A stretch of DNA of 38,667 bases from IMG/VR virus record IMGVR_UViG_3300043473_000126, positions 1 through 38,667 of that record; one strand, written 5' to 3'. Below, one piece after another: positions 1 to 8,317 of this stretch. Within the stretch, counting starts at the first letter, position 1. Each line of letters opens with the position of its first letter. A program made the position numbers and the translations under genes. The notes beneath the pieces are model-generated. The model saw only the letters and a list, made by a program, of their open reading frames with translations, searched no databases and was not told the DNA's origin. The stretch comes from a virus. Lineage: Duplodnaviria > Caudoviricetes.

Positions 1-610
1 CTCGGGGTCGTTCATCACGTTCGCTCGTGCGATCCTCAAGGTCAACGGCGTCGCAGTACCGAACAATCAAGCCGAGGTTCGTGTACTTGCTGCCATTCCC
101 GAAAGGGCGTGGTATGACGGCCCTTACGACCCCGATGAGCCGCAAGTACCAGCTTGCTATGCTCTGGATTCGGGCGAGCCGCACCCCGAAGCAGCAGACC
201 CCCAGTCTGATACGTGCATGGGCTGCCCTAAGAACAAGTGGGGCACGGCTCCGCCTCGTCCTGGTTCGACTATCCCTGGCAAGGGCAAGGCATGCCGTGA
301 GGGGGCCCGCATCATCGTCACGCCGGCTGGGATCCCGCTGAAGTCCAGCCCCCTATACACCGCGAAAGTCCCTGTCACGTCGCTCAATGCGGTTCAGACG
401 TACATGGACCGTTGCGCGAACAGCGGCCGCATGATGGGCGAGTTCATCGGCGTCCTGAGCGTGGTCGAGGACAAGCGCTCGTTCTTCAAGGTCGGCTTGG
501 ACATCAAGGAGCATACGGCAGATCTGGACCCGGTGCTCATGATGAACAAGATGGATCAGGCCATGCAGCTCGCGCTGCAGCCGTACCCGAACCTGAACAG
601 CGATAACTAG
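1..610 (+). CDS. 3' part of a Cys-containing phage replication protein (putative SSB/Zn-binding); continues from 38579 across the window join
   Basis: Frame from nt 2 is open to 610 (SGSFITFARAILKVNG...PACY...QSDTCMGCPKNKWGT...GKGKACREGARIIVTP); four-Cys pattern seen in phage replication-module proteins; high-GC3 codons. Confidence 0.7.
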   Translation, partial: SGSFITFARAILKVNGVAVPNNQAEVRVLAAIPERAWYDGPYDPDEPQVPACYALDSGEPHPEAADPQSDTCMGCPKNKWGTAPPRPGSTIPGKGKACREGARIIVTPAGIPLKSSPLYTAKVPVTSLNAVQTYMDRCANSGRMMGEFIGVLSVVEDKRSFFKVGLDIKEHTADLDPVLMMNKMDQAMQLALQPYPNLNSDN

Positions 611-618
611 GAGGTCGC

Positions 619-855
619 ATGGACGAAAGCGGCAAGTATCCGCCTCCCGCGCAAGCGATGGGGCAATACAACCAGGGCATGCTCGGTCTGGTGGACTCCA
701 AGATGCACAACCCGACCATCGGGGAGAACATCGACATGAAGATCCGGCAGGCCGAAGAGCGGCTCCAGATGCTGAAAGACAACAAGGTCCGGATGGAAAA
801 AACCGGCCTGTTGGACATCCGCATTCATGACCTTCGTCAGGTGATGGACTACTAG
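619..855 (+). CDS. hypothetical protein
   Basis: GGAGG RBS just upstream; 78 aa with coiled-coil-like C-terminus. Confidence 0.75.
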   Translation: MDESGKYPPPAQAMGQYNQGMLGLVDSKMHNPTIGENIDMKIRQAEERLQMLKDNKVRMEKTGLLDIRIHDLRQVMDY

Positions 856-887
856 ACCCAACAGCAGTTGCCAAACGTGCTGGGATT

Positions 888-913
888 CCTAGCCCTTCGG
901 GGCTAGGTCTTTT
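888..913 (+). terminator. intrinsic terminator
   Basis: CCTAGCCC-TTCG-GGGCTAGG followed by TCTTTT. Confidence 0.8.
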
Positions 914-956
914 ATGCTAGTGGCATGTATCTCACGGGTACATGCCACTACCATAA
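912..956. repeat. 18-bp inverted repeat (1 mismatch) upstream of the PEP-CTERM gene
   Basis: TTATGCTAGTGGCATGTA (912-929) / TACATGCCACTACCATAA (939-956), 9-nt spacer. Confidence 0.8.
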
Positions 957-983
957 TTTTGTGGTAGGTCACAGGAGTTATAC

Positions 984-1655
984 ATGAAGAAGTTCCGAAT
1001 CCTTTCTCTTGCTCTGGCCGCAGCCGCGGCAGTGCTTGCGGTCCCCGCCGCGAACGCTGTCACGCTTGGGTTCCAGGACGAGTTCAGCGGCGGTACCAAC
1101 TGCGTGAACCTCATCAGTGGTTGCTCGTTCTTGCAAGCGGAGCAGACGGCCACGGGCGTCCACTTCGAGCTGCAGGGCACGATGGCACCGGGTGAGTTCA
1201 TCACGGGGCTGTACGGGAACTACACCGGCGCACCGCTCACCATCAGCAACGTCGGCGGTACGGGGGCAGCAGCCTACCAGGGCTTCAGCTTCTCGAACGA
1301 CTCGTTCAAGGCGGACGGCGACGGGTTCTTCGACTGGAAGATCGATCTGGCCACAGCAGCGGCCAATCGCTTCAACCTGTTCGACACGCTCTCGTGGGAC
1401 TTCGTCGGCGCCTCGTTGAGCTCGTTCAACAGCCGCAGCGTCAACGGTCCGATCGACAAGAACGGCTTCCTGTTCGCCACACACGGTCAAGGACTCGTGC
1501 TCGGCGGCTCGGGCTGGTTCAAGGGTGACCTCACCCCGACGAGCACCCCCTTCGACGTGACGCCGGTTCCGGAACCCGAGACGTACGCGCTCTTTCTCGC
1601 CGGTCTCGGCGCGATGGGGATCGTGATCCGTCGCCGCAAGAACCAAGCGGCGTAA
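984..1655 (+). CDS. PEP-CTERM sorting-domain surface protein
   Basis: Signal peptide MKKFRILSLALAAAAAVLAVPAANA; G/S/T/F/D-rich body; C-terminal VPEPETYALFLAGLGAMGIVIRRRK (PEP motif + TM helix + basic tail); AGGAG RBS. Confidence 0.93.
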   Translation: MKKFRILSLALAAAAAVLAVPAANAVTLGFQDEFSGGTNCVNLISGCSFLQAEQTATGVHFELQGTMAPGEFITGLYGNYTGAPLTISNVGGTGAAAYQGFSFSNDSFKADGDGFFDWKIDLATAAANRFNLFDTLSWDFVGASLSSFNSRSVNGPIDKNGFLFATHGQGLVLGGSGWFKGDLTPTSTPFDVTPVPEPETYALFLAGLGAMGIVIRRRKNQAA

Positions 1656-1677
1656 AGACTCAGGCCTGAGCCTTTAG

Positions 1678-1706
1678 GAGTCCTGGCCTTCGGGCCAGGC
1701 TCTTTT
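1678..1706 (+). terminator. intrinsic terminator
   Basis: GAGTCCTGGCC-TTCG-GGCCAGGCTC-TTTT. Confidence 0.75.
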
Positions 1707-1742
1707 CACTAGAGACCAACTCTAGTCAAAGGAGCTAGTACG

Positions 1743-2297
1743 ATGATCGAGGTAGTATTTGACTTTGAATCTGAAGAGATTCAGAATAGGCCAGATTACC
1801 CCCCTAAGCCGGTGGGCCTGGCACTGTACGTTCTTAGTGGCTCAATGAAGCAATGCCACTATTACGCCTGGGGTCATCCCACTGGCAACAACTGCACAGA
1901 AGGGGATGCCATCCATGCCGCATGGGAACTACTCCAGGACCCGTCAACGTTCTGGATTGCGCACAACACAGCTTTTGACGCAAGCATCATCGTTGAGAAG
2001 TGGAGTCTTGAATTCCCCTGGGAACGCAGTGCTGATACAATGCTCCTTGCGTTTCTGGATAACCCATACGGCGAGCTGTCCCTCAAGCCGCTGGCAGCAA
2101 AGCATCTCAATATGCCGCCTGACGAACAGGATGCAGTACAGCAGTGGCTCATTCGGAATGGCGTGGTGCGAAGCAACGATAAGCAATGGGGTGCTCACAT
2201 CTCAAAAGCTCCTGCCGAGATCGTTGGACCGTACGCTCTAGGCGACGTGATCCGCACCAAGGGCCTCTTCGACTACTATAGGGCCACAAATGTTTGA
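1743..2297 (+). CDS. stand-alone 3'-5' exonuclease (proofreading domain of a split family A DNA polymerase)
   Basis: ExoI VFDFESE, ExoII IAHNTAFD, ADTMLLAFL...SLKPLA, ExoIII PYALGDV; AAGGAG RBS. Confidence 0.85.
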   Translation: MIEVVFDFESEEIQNRPDYPPKPVGLALYVLSGSMKQCHYYAWGHPTGNNCTEGDAIHAAWELLQDPSTFWIAHNTAFDASIIVEKWSLEFPWERSADTMLLAFLDNPYGELSLKPLAAKHLNMPPDEQDAVQQWLIRNGVVRSNDKQWGAHISKAPAEIVGPYALGDVIRTKGLFDYYRATNV

Positions 2298-2406
2298 ACA
2301 AATAACAGGCGAAGAAGTGGCGATGTGGATGACGCTCATCTTCTTCGCCGGTGTAGTCTGCGGCATGTGGCTTGCCCATTCCAACAAGGAAGAAGAGAAG
2401 GAATGA
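2290..2406 (+). CDS. 38-aa single-pass membrane peptide inserted between the exonuclease and polymerase genes
   Basis: MFEQITGEEVAMWMTLIFFAGVVCGMWLAHSNKEEEKE; start overlaps the exo stop and its stop overlaps the pol start (ATGA); too short for the ORF track. Confidence 0.65.
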   Translation: MFEQITGEEVAMWMTLIFFAGVVCGMWLAHSNKEEEKE

Positions 2407-3719
2407 ACCCAGAACAACTTGAAATGCGGTTGATGCCAATCGTCAACCGGATGGAACGACGTGGCATCAACCTAGATGGCCCCCGTTTGCAAACCGACAC
2501 CGACTACTACTGGGGCATCCTGGAAGAAGTTGATGAGCGGATCATGTCGAAGCTCGGCAGTCGGGTCGACGTAGACTCGAACGCAGAGCTAGTCCTGGCA
2601 CTGCAGAAGGTCGGTTACACCAGGTTCCTGTCAACGCCGAAAGGCAAGCTGTCCGTCTCCAAGGATTCCTTGATGACGGCTCTGGAAGGGGGCGATCCTG
2701 AACTACTTGGACTACTGCTCGTCAGGGGTGCCCTCGCTACCTCACTTCGGACGTTCCTACAACCATGGTCCGTGCAATACTCTCGGAATGGGCGTCTATT
2801 TCTCCGTTGGAACCAGTTCCGGAATTACACGGATACAGGAGCTCGTACGGGGCGGCTGTCATCGTCCCCTAACCTCCAGAACATCCCGGTTGAGTGGGAG
2901 GAGCTCAGGGAGCGTCTCAAGAAGATCGGTTTCGAGCTCTGGTTTGAGTTGCCATCGATTCGCCAATACATTATCCCTGACGCAGGTATGGTGTTCGTGG
3001 GGGGCGACTACAAGGCGCAGGAGATGCGACTACTCGCACACTTCAGTCAGGGCACGCTACTCGAAGCTATCAGAGCTAGGCCTCATGACGACATTCATGC
3101 CGTGGCAGCTAACATTGCCGGTGTTACTCGTCGAGTTGCCAAGACGCTCGGTTTCGCGGTCCTGTACGGAGCAGGCGTCGGGCGCATTGCTGAATCGCTT
3201 AACTGCACGGCTGAAGAAGCGGGGCGAATTAAGAACCGCTATCTCACAGCGCTTCCCGATATCAAGAAGTTCCAGAAGGCACAGACGGACATCGGGAAGA
3301 ACGGCGGTTTCGTTGAGACGCTCGGTGGCCGCAAGTACTACACCGATCCCACGGTCAAGGTAATCAATGGCCGTATCGTTGACTACAGCTACAAGCTGGT
3401 CAACTACAAGATTCAGGGCAGCGCAGCGGATCAGACGAAGCGCGCCATGATCCACTATGACGACATGGACGAAGGCGAGCTAGTCCTGTCGGTACACGAT
3501 CAGCTCGTTGCACAAGTTCCGATCGGCACCCCCTCCACGAATCTGTGTCTGGCGATGACAGAGTCCTTCCAGGAGATCTTGAGGTATCAAGTAACTGTAG
3601 ACCCTAGTCCTGAAGACTGTATGCGCTTCTCAGACATTAAGGACACGGCTGAAAAGATCAAAACAGTGCTTGGTTCTCAAGATGGTACCCAACGACCCTT
3701 CACACCACCAGAGAACTAG
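2403..3719 (+). CDS. family A DNA polymerase, polymerase domain
   Basis: TGRLSSSPNLQNIP, motif A GDYKAQEMRLLAHFS, motif B RRVAKTLGFAVLYG, NYKIQGSAAD, motif C SVHDQ; start moved to ATG 2403 (ATGA coupling). Confidence 0.92.
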   Translation: MNPEQLEMRLMPIVNRMERRGINLDGPRLQTDTDYYWGILEEVDERIMSKLGSRVDVDSNAELVLALQKVGYTRFLSTPKGKLSVSKDSLMTALEGGDPELLGLLLVRGALATSLRTFLQPWSVQYSRNGRLFLRWNQFRNYTDTGARTGRLSSSPNLQNIPVEWEELRERLKKIGFELWFELPSIRQYIIPDAGMVFVGGDYKAQEMRLLAHFSQGTLLEAIRARPHDDIHAVAANIAGVTRRVAKTLGFAVLYGAGVGRIAESLNCTAEEAGRIKNRYLTALPDIKKFQKAQTDIGKNGGFVETLGGRKYYTDPTVKVINGRIVDYSYKLVNYKIQGSAADQTKRAMIHYDDMDEGELVLSVHDQLVAQVPIGTPSTNLCLAMTESFQEILRYQVTVDPSPEDCMRFSDIKDTAEKIKTVLGSQDGTQRPFTPPEN

Positions 3720-3720
3720 T

Positions 3721-4383
3721 ATGACCTATTCAGAGCCATGGGGCCACAGCAAACTCGACACCTTCCAGCAATGTAAGAAGAAGTTCGAGTTCCAGTACAT
3801 CAAGAAACTGCCCTCGCCTGGCAATGAAGCCATGGCCCGAGGGGGGAGGATGCATGAAGACATCGAGGCCTATCTGCAAGGTTGGATCACCGAGCTACCG
3901 GCGGCTATCCTCCCGTGGAAGGATCGTCTGGACGAGCTCAAGGCCATGCCCAATTTCACCTCGGAGCAGGCCGTCGGTCTGGACAAGAATTGGCGCCCCC
4001 TTAAGGACTGGTTCCAGAAGGACACCTGGCTCCGTGCCAAGATGGATGCCAAGACCTACCACGACGTGGGCAAGAAGCTCCAGGTGGTTGATTTCAAGTC
4101 GGGGAATTACCGCGTCCCGTCCGACGAACAAATCGAGCTTTACGTCCTTGTTGGCGTAGCACAGCACCCCGAGGCTGAGGAAGCAACGGCTGAGTTCTGG
4201 TTTATTGACAAGGACGACGTCTACTCGAAGACTTATAAGGCGCCTGAGTTCCCGGCGCTACGCAAGAAGTTCGAGGGGCTAGCCAACAACCTCTACACCA
4301 CTGAGGTGTGGATCGAGGAGCCCAGCAGGGAGTGTAAGTGGTGCCCATACTCGAAAAGTCGGGGTGGGCCATGCAAGTTCTAA
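3721..4383 (+). CDS. PD-(D/E)XK exonuclease, Cas4/RecB-like, with probable Fe-S cysteines
   Basis: HSKLDTFQQC, RGGRMHEDIE, RAKMD...VVDFKSG, QIELY, C-terminal CKWCPY...C. Confidence 0.85.
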   Translation: MTYSEPWGHSKLDTFQQCKKKFEFQYIKKLPSPGNEAMARGGRMHEDIEAYLQGWITELPAAILPWKDRLDELKAMPNFTSEQAVGLDKNWRPLKDWFQKDTWLRAKMDAKTYHDVGKKLQVVDFKSGNYRVPSDEQIELYVLVGVAQHPEAEEATAEFWFIDKDDVYSKTYKAPEFPALRKKFEGLANNLYTTEVWIEEPSRECKWCPYSKSRGGPCKF

Positions 4384-4694
4384 TTCCAACGGAAAGAGTC
4401 TTTGAACAAAAGTGCAGAGAAATAGCGGAGAAGCAACAATGTATCCTACTGAAGGTGGAGAAGCGGAAGGGGTGGCCCGATCGGATGCTCCTAGCCCCGA
4501 ACGGGCAGATGGCGTGGGTGGAACTCAAACGGCCGGGGGAGAATCCAACGAAGTTCCAGGAGCATATCCACGAGATGCTGCGGTCGATGAATTTCAGAGT
4601 GCACGTCGTGGAGAACTATTCGCAGTTCATGGCAGCACTAGTGTCCTTGAAGGCTTTGGCCCGCCCGAGTGGATCCCCGTCAATTATCAAGTAA
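4371..4694 (+). CDS. VRR-NUC domain nuclease (putative resolvase)
   Basis: E...GWPDRMLL...WVELKRPG...PTKFQ...VHVV pattern. Confidence 0.85.
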   Translation: MQVLIPTERVFEQKCREIAEKQQCILLKVEKRKGWPDRMLLAPNGQMAWVELKRPGENPTKFQEHIHEMLRSMNFRVHVVENYSQFMAALVSLKALARPSGSPSIIK

Positions 4695-6034
4695 GAGGTG
4701 TTAAGTGGCTAAGCGAGAACATCGGTTCCGCCCTCTTCTTGAAGCCTGGTTCGGGCAAGACGTCGGTAGTTCTGGCCGCATTCCTCCGGGTTTCGGAGAT
4801 GATCCTACGGCGAAAGACCCGGATGCTTGTGTTGGCGCCCCTGAAGCCCGCCGAGTCTACCTGGATGGACGAGCCGCGAAAATGGAAGCAGTTCGCGCAC
4901 TTGAAAGTCGGTCTGGCTCGTGGACCACTACGCGAGCAGATCTTAAAGGACCTATCCTACGACGTAGTCGTGACCAACTACGATTCCCTGGAGTGGATAG
5001 CCCCGATCCTGGAACAGAAGAATGACTTTGACGTTCTAGCATGCGATGAGCTGACTAGGCTCAAGCATATCCAGTCAAAGCGCTTCAAGCTACTGAAACC
5101 ACTTCTCAAGACGTTCACGTACCGCTGGGGCGCAACGGGCACCCCCGCCGCCAATGGTCTGCTGGACCTCTTTGGCCAAGTAATGGTACTCGACCTGGGT
5201 CAACGTCTAGGCCGTTACATCACCCACTTCAGGATGACGTACTTCTACCAGAAGCCCTGGGATCAGTACCGGTACTATATCTCTGACAACATGGCAGACA
5301 AGCTCGTTGAGAAGATCAGCGACATCTGCATGTACCTAGCCAATGACGAGGAGCTGGAATTGCCCCCGCTCATTGACGTCATCCGCCGTACCGACCTCCC
5401 GCCGAAGGTTCGCCGTCAGTACTACGAGCTGGAAACTGAGTTCATCCTCAAACTGTCTACCGGCCTGGTAACCGCGTCTAATGCGGGGGTGCTGACATCG
5501 AAGCTACGCCAGTTCACTGGTGGCGCGGTGTACAACGCCACGGCTGATCGGACCTGGTCAGACGTGCATGACGCCAAGATTGAGCTCCTGAAGGACCTCG
5601 TCGAGGAGCTTGCAGGCGAGCCTCTTATGGTATCCTATCAGTTCGAGCATGAGTATGAGCGACTGATGAAGGAGTACCCCCAGGCGCTGTGGATCAAAGG
5701 CGGCATGCCTAAGGGCCTGTTACAGTCCACAATTGAACAGTGGAATACGGGGGCGATACCGGTCATGCTGGTACAGCCTTCGGCGGCAGCGCTGGGTTTG
5801 AATTTGCAGTTCGGTGGCAACAACCTAGCTTGGTATTCCCTGACCTATAACCTGGAAGAGTACATCCAGATGATCGCACGCCTGCTCCGTAAGGGTCAGA
5901 CGAAGAGTGTCATGAACTACATCCTAACGGTGAGTGACACAATTGACCAAGTGGTTGCGAAGGCCCTGGTCGCCAAAGACCTCACGCAGAACAAAGTGTT
6001 TGAAGCGCTGCAGGGGTTAAAAACCGAGGAGTAA
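4439..6034 (+). CDS. SNF2-family (SF2) DNA helicase; start uncertain
   Basis: PGSGKT Walker A, DELT Walker B, ATGTP motif III, GLNLQ, QMIARLLRKGQ; nearest upstream ATG with RBS (GGAG 4427-4430) is 4439. Confidence 0.88.
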   Translation: MYPTEGGEAEGVARSDAPSPERADGVGGTQTAGGESNEVPGAYPRDAAVDEFQSARRGELFAVHGSTSVLEGFGPPEWIPVNYQVRGVKWLSENIGSALFLKPGSGKTSVVLAAFLRVSEMILRRKTRMLVLAPLKPAESTWMDEPRKWKQFAHLKVGLARGPLREQILKDLSYDVVVTNYDSLEWIAPILEQKNDFDVLACDELTRLKHIQSKRFKLLKPLLKTFTYRWGATGTPAANGLLDLFGQVMVLDLGQRLGRYITHFRMTYFYQKPWDQYRYYISDNMADKLVEKISDICMYLANDEELELPPLIDVIRRTDLPPKVRRQYYELETEFILKLSTGLVTASNAGVLTSKLRQFTGGAVYNATADRTWSDVHDAKIELLKDLVEELAGEPLMVSYQFEHEYERLMKEYPQALWIKGGMPKGLLQSTIEQWNTGAIPVMLVQPSAAALGLNLQFGGNNLAWYSLTYNLEEYIQMIARLLRKGQTKSVMNYILTVSDTIDQVVAKALVAKDLTQNKVFEALQGLKTEE

Positions 6035-6079
6035 CAATTCGTAAAAAGATTTCCATTGGGAGTTCCTTCGTCGTATAAT
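6021..6079 (+). promoter_or_regulatory. phage promoter family, copy 1
   Basis: AAACCGAGGAGTAACAATTCGTAAAAAGAT-TTCCAT-17nt-TATAAT(6074-6079); near-identical blocks at 31796 and 37495. Confidence 0.8.
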
Positions 6080-6136
6080 GTATTTTGCTGCCTGCGATTC
6101 CGCGGCAGCTGGCACAGGACCAACAGGAGATTTGGA

Positions 6137-6784
6137 ATGGATTTCAAAGGTTTGAGCATGTCCCAACTGATCGAGGCGTACAACGTCCTCGCCACGGAAA
6201 AGGGCGTGCCCCACGAGACCGAGTTCAAGAACCTCGCCGCAGCTCGGGCGGCAATCACTTCACTGGAGAGCAAGATGACAGACGAAACCACCACGGCAGT
6301 CGATGCCGATCCCGCGGCTGCGTCCGCTGATGGCGCCGAGAACACCGGTGCCGACGTGAGCACCACGGACTCGAAGTACTCGACCGTCGGCAAGCGTGGT
6401 CCGACGCAAGGCGTTGGCGAATTCGCCAAGCAGCTCCTCGCCGGGGGCATGCCCACCGGCGACGTCCTGACGAAGGTCCGCGAACAGTTCCCGACGGCCA
6501 AGACGAGCGCCTCGTGCATCGCCTACTACAAGGCCGCGCTGAAGAACCCGAACCTCGGCAAGCGCAAGGGCGGCGTCTCGACCGATCCCGCCGCGCTTCG
6601 CGCCAAGGCCGCGGAACTCATGGCTGCCGCGCAGGCCGCCGAAGCCGCCAACGCCGAGGCTGCCGTGAAGGCCGCCGAGGAAGCGGTTGCCAAGGCCGAG
6701 GTCGCCAAGAAGGCGGCGGAAGCAGCGCTCGCGGCGCAAGCTGCGCTCAAGGAACAGCAGGCAGCGCAAGCTCCGGCAGCCTAA
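6137..6784 (+). CDS. hypothetical protein, paralog C of the G(Q/E)F...KT..C(I/V)A(W/Y)YK domain family, with Ala-rich C-terminal helix
   Basis: AGGAGA RBS 6125-6130; GVGEFAKQLL...VREQFPTAKTSASCIAYYKAALK aligns with ORFs 29888 and 30345; very high GC3. Confidence 0.85.
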   Translation: MDFKGLSMSQLIEAYNVLATEKGVPHETEFKNLAAARAAITSLESKMTDETTTAVDADPAAASADGAENTGADVSTTDSKYSTVGKRGPTQGVGEFAKQLLAGGMPTGDVLTKVREQFPTAKTSASCIAYYKAALKNPNLGKRKGGVSTDPAALRAKAAELMAAAQAAEAANAEAAVKAAEEAVAKAEVAKKAAEAALAAQAALKEQQAAQAPAA

Positions 6785-6789
6785 CGCTG

Positions 6790-6816
6790 AGGGGGCGATC
6801 GTGAGGTCGCCCCCTT
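6790..6816 (+). terminator. strong hairpin (weak terminator or mRNA-stabilising stem)
   Basis: AGGGGGCGATC-GTGA-GGTCGCCCCCT with only a very short U tail. Confidence 0.5.
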
Positions 6817-6826
6817 AAGGAGCAAC

Positions 6827-7102
6827 ATGAACAAGATGCGCTATCTCGAGCTGATCAACCCAGCTATCGAGATTGTGGTAAAGAAGCACGAGGATTACGG
6901 CAATGACCGTCTCGGGCTCAAAAGCTATTTTCCGTTCGGACTCAAATCTCATATCCAGATGCTGCACATCAAAACGCAGCGCCTGGTCTCGTTGGCGCAG
7001 ACTGGTCAGGAACCGAACTTCGAGTCCGTCAAGGACACGCTGCTCGACCAGATCAACTACGCCGTCTTTCTGTTGGACGCTATCGACAAAGGCGATGTCT
7101 GA
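6827..7102 (+). CDS. nucleotide-modification-associated domain protein (Nmad1/DUF1599-like, all-alpha NTP-PPase-like)
   Basis: KKHEDYG...IKTQRL...ESVKDTLLDQINYA signature; AAGGAG RBS. Confidence 0.75.
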   Translation: MNKMRYLELINPAIEIVVKKHEDYGNDRLGLKSYFPFGLKSHIQMLHIKTQRLVSLAQTGQEPNFESVKDTLLDQINYAVFLLDAIDKGDV

Positions 7103-7932
7103 TGAGCAACTATGAACTGGATTACCTCGACCTGGTGGAAAAGGCCATCACCAAGGGTCAGTACCGCGAGTGCCGTAATGGCGAGACGCGGGCCCTCTTT
7201 GGCGAGACCCTCAGGATCGAAGAGCTCAAGTGGGATCAGTTCCCCCTCTTGACGCAACGCCGCATGTTCTACGGTGGTGTCCTCGGCGAGTTGGCGGCCT
7301 TTTTGAGGGGGGCCACCAAGCTCGGTGAGTTCCATGCGCAGGGCTGCCACTACTGGAACGAGAACGCCAAGGCATGGCCCCCTAATCAAGATAAAGGGCT
7401 AACCTTGCCGGAGATGTCGATCGGCCAGGTCTATGGCGCGCAATGGGTGAACTGGAAGCAAACCGGTTACAACCAGATCGCGGCGATCATGGACGAGCTG
7501 TATAGCAACCCACATGGTCGCAGACACGTCCTCACCTCGTTCGATCCTCTGGCCGAGGCTTGTCTGCCGCCGTGTCATCTTATGGCACAGTTCTTCGTCA
7601 ACGCAGATGGGCGTCTCGACTGCATCGTTTACATGCGCAGCGTGGACCTTATCCTTGGCCTGCCCAGCGACGTCATACTCTACGCAGCGCTCCTCACCTT
7701 GATCGCGAACTACGTAGCCATGCGTCCGGGGGTGCTCACCTTCTACATGGGCGATACCCACATCTACGAGAACCACGTGAAGATCTTCTACGATCAACAC
7801 AAGGACCGCCCAATGCACCGCGCGCCGGGCTACTCGCTTGCTGCGAACGAGGTCTTTGACTTCGTGCCGAAGCACCTCACCATCAACGACTACGAGCACT
7901 CGGCAGTCATTCAGTACCCATTCAATGTCTAA
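7102..7932 (+). CDS. thymidylate synthase homolog with dCMP-type specificity residue (putative dCMP methyl/hydroxymethyltransferase)
   Basis: FPLLT, GELAAFL, GRRH, LPPCH (catalytic Cys), YMRSVDLILGLPSD (Asp at E. coli N177 position), GDTHIYENH. Confidence 0.9.
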   Translation: MSNYELDYLDLVEKAITKGQYRECRNGETRALFGETLRIEELKWDQFPLLTQRRMFYGGVLGELAAFLRGATKLGEFHAQGCHYWNENAKAWPPNQDKGLTLPEMSIGQVYGAQWVNWKQTGYNQIAAIMDELYSNPHGRRHVLTSFDPLAEACLPPCHLMAQFFVNADGRLDCIVYMRSVDLILGLPSDVILYAALLTLIANYVAMRPGVLTFYMGDTHIYENHVKIFYDQHKDRPMHRAPGYSLAANEVFDFVPKHLTINDYEHSAVIQYPFNV

Positions 7933-8317
7933 GTCAATGTTCAAGAAGGTGGCTGACTTCCACACCGAGATCCTCGGCGTGGATGAACCGGAGATCCCGA
8001 CCTTCAACCAGCCGGAATGGATCATCGAACGCACGCGGTTCATGATGGAAGAGCTGCAGGAATTCACCTCTGCCGCGATGCAGAAGGACATGGTCGAGGC
8101 CGCCGATGGCCTAGCTGACATCGTGTACGTAGCGCTAGGCACTGCGTTCATGATGGGGCTGCCCTTCGAGAAGATCTTCGACCACGTCCACAACTGCAAC
8201 ATGCGGAAGCAGCGCGGTACCACGAGCAGGGGCAATGCGATCGACGCCATCAAGCCTGCCGGATGGGTACCCCCTAACCAGGGTATCGCAAAGATTCTGG
8301 AGGACAGTCTTGATTGA
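7925..8317 (+). CDS. MazG-like (DR2231/PRA-PH type) dNTP pyrophosphohydrolase
   Basis: VADFH...MEELQEF...EAADGLADIVYVALG...VHNCNMRK...KPAGWVPP. Confidence 0.85.
   Translation: MSKSMFKKVADFHTEILGVDEPEIPTFNQPEWIIERTRFMMEELQEFTSAAMQKDMVEAADGLADIVYVALGTAFMMGLPFEKIFDHVHNCNMRKQRGTTSRGNAIDAIKPAGWVPPNQGIAKILEDSLD

Noticed and set aside
978-1646. 222-aa - strand ORF
   Set aside because: Mirror frame of the PEP-CTERM gene caused by its codon bias.
600-1740. Frequent CTAG, normally scarce in many proteobacterial genomes
   Set aside because: About 8 in the first 1.75 kb is near random expectation; I cannot establish a genome-wide bias or a link to 5mC without computing it.
2298-2402. Possible intron or intein splitting the polymerase
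   Set aside because: Too short, no group I/II or intein hallmarks, and better explained by a coupled TM-peptide ORF.
3721-4383. Cas4-like gene as evidence of CRISPR-Cas
   Set aside because: No repeat-spacer array or other cas genes; stand-alone Cas4-like nucleases are routine in phage replication modules.
7399-8253. 284-aa - strand ORF
   Set aside because: Antisense shadow of the ThyA-like and MazG-like genes.
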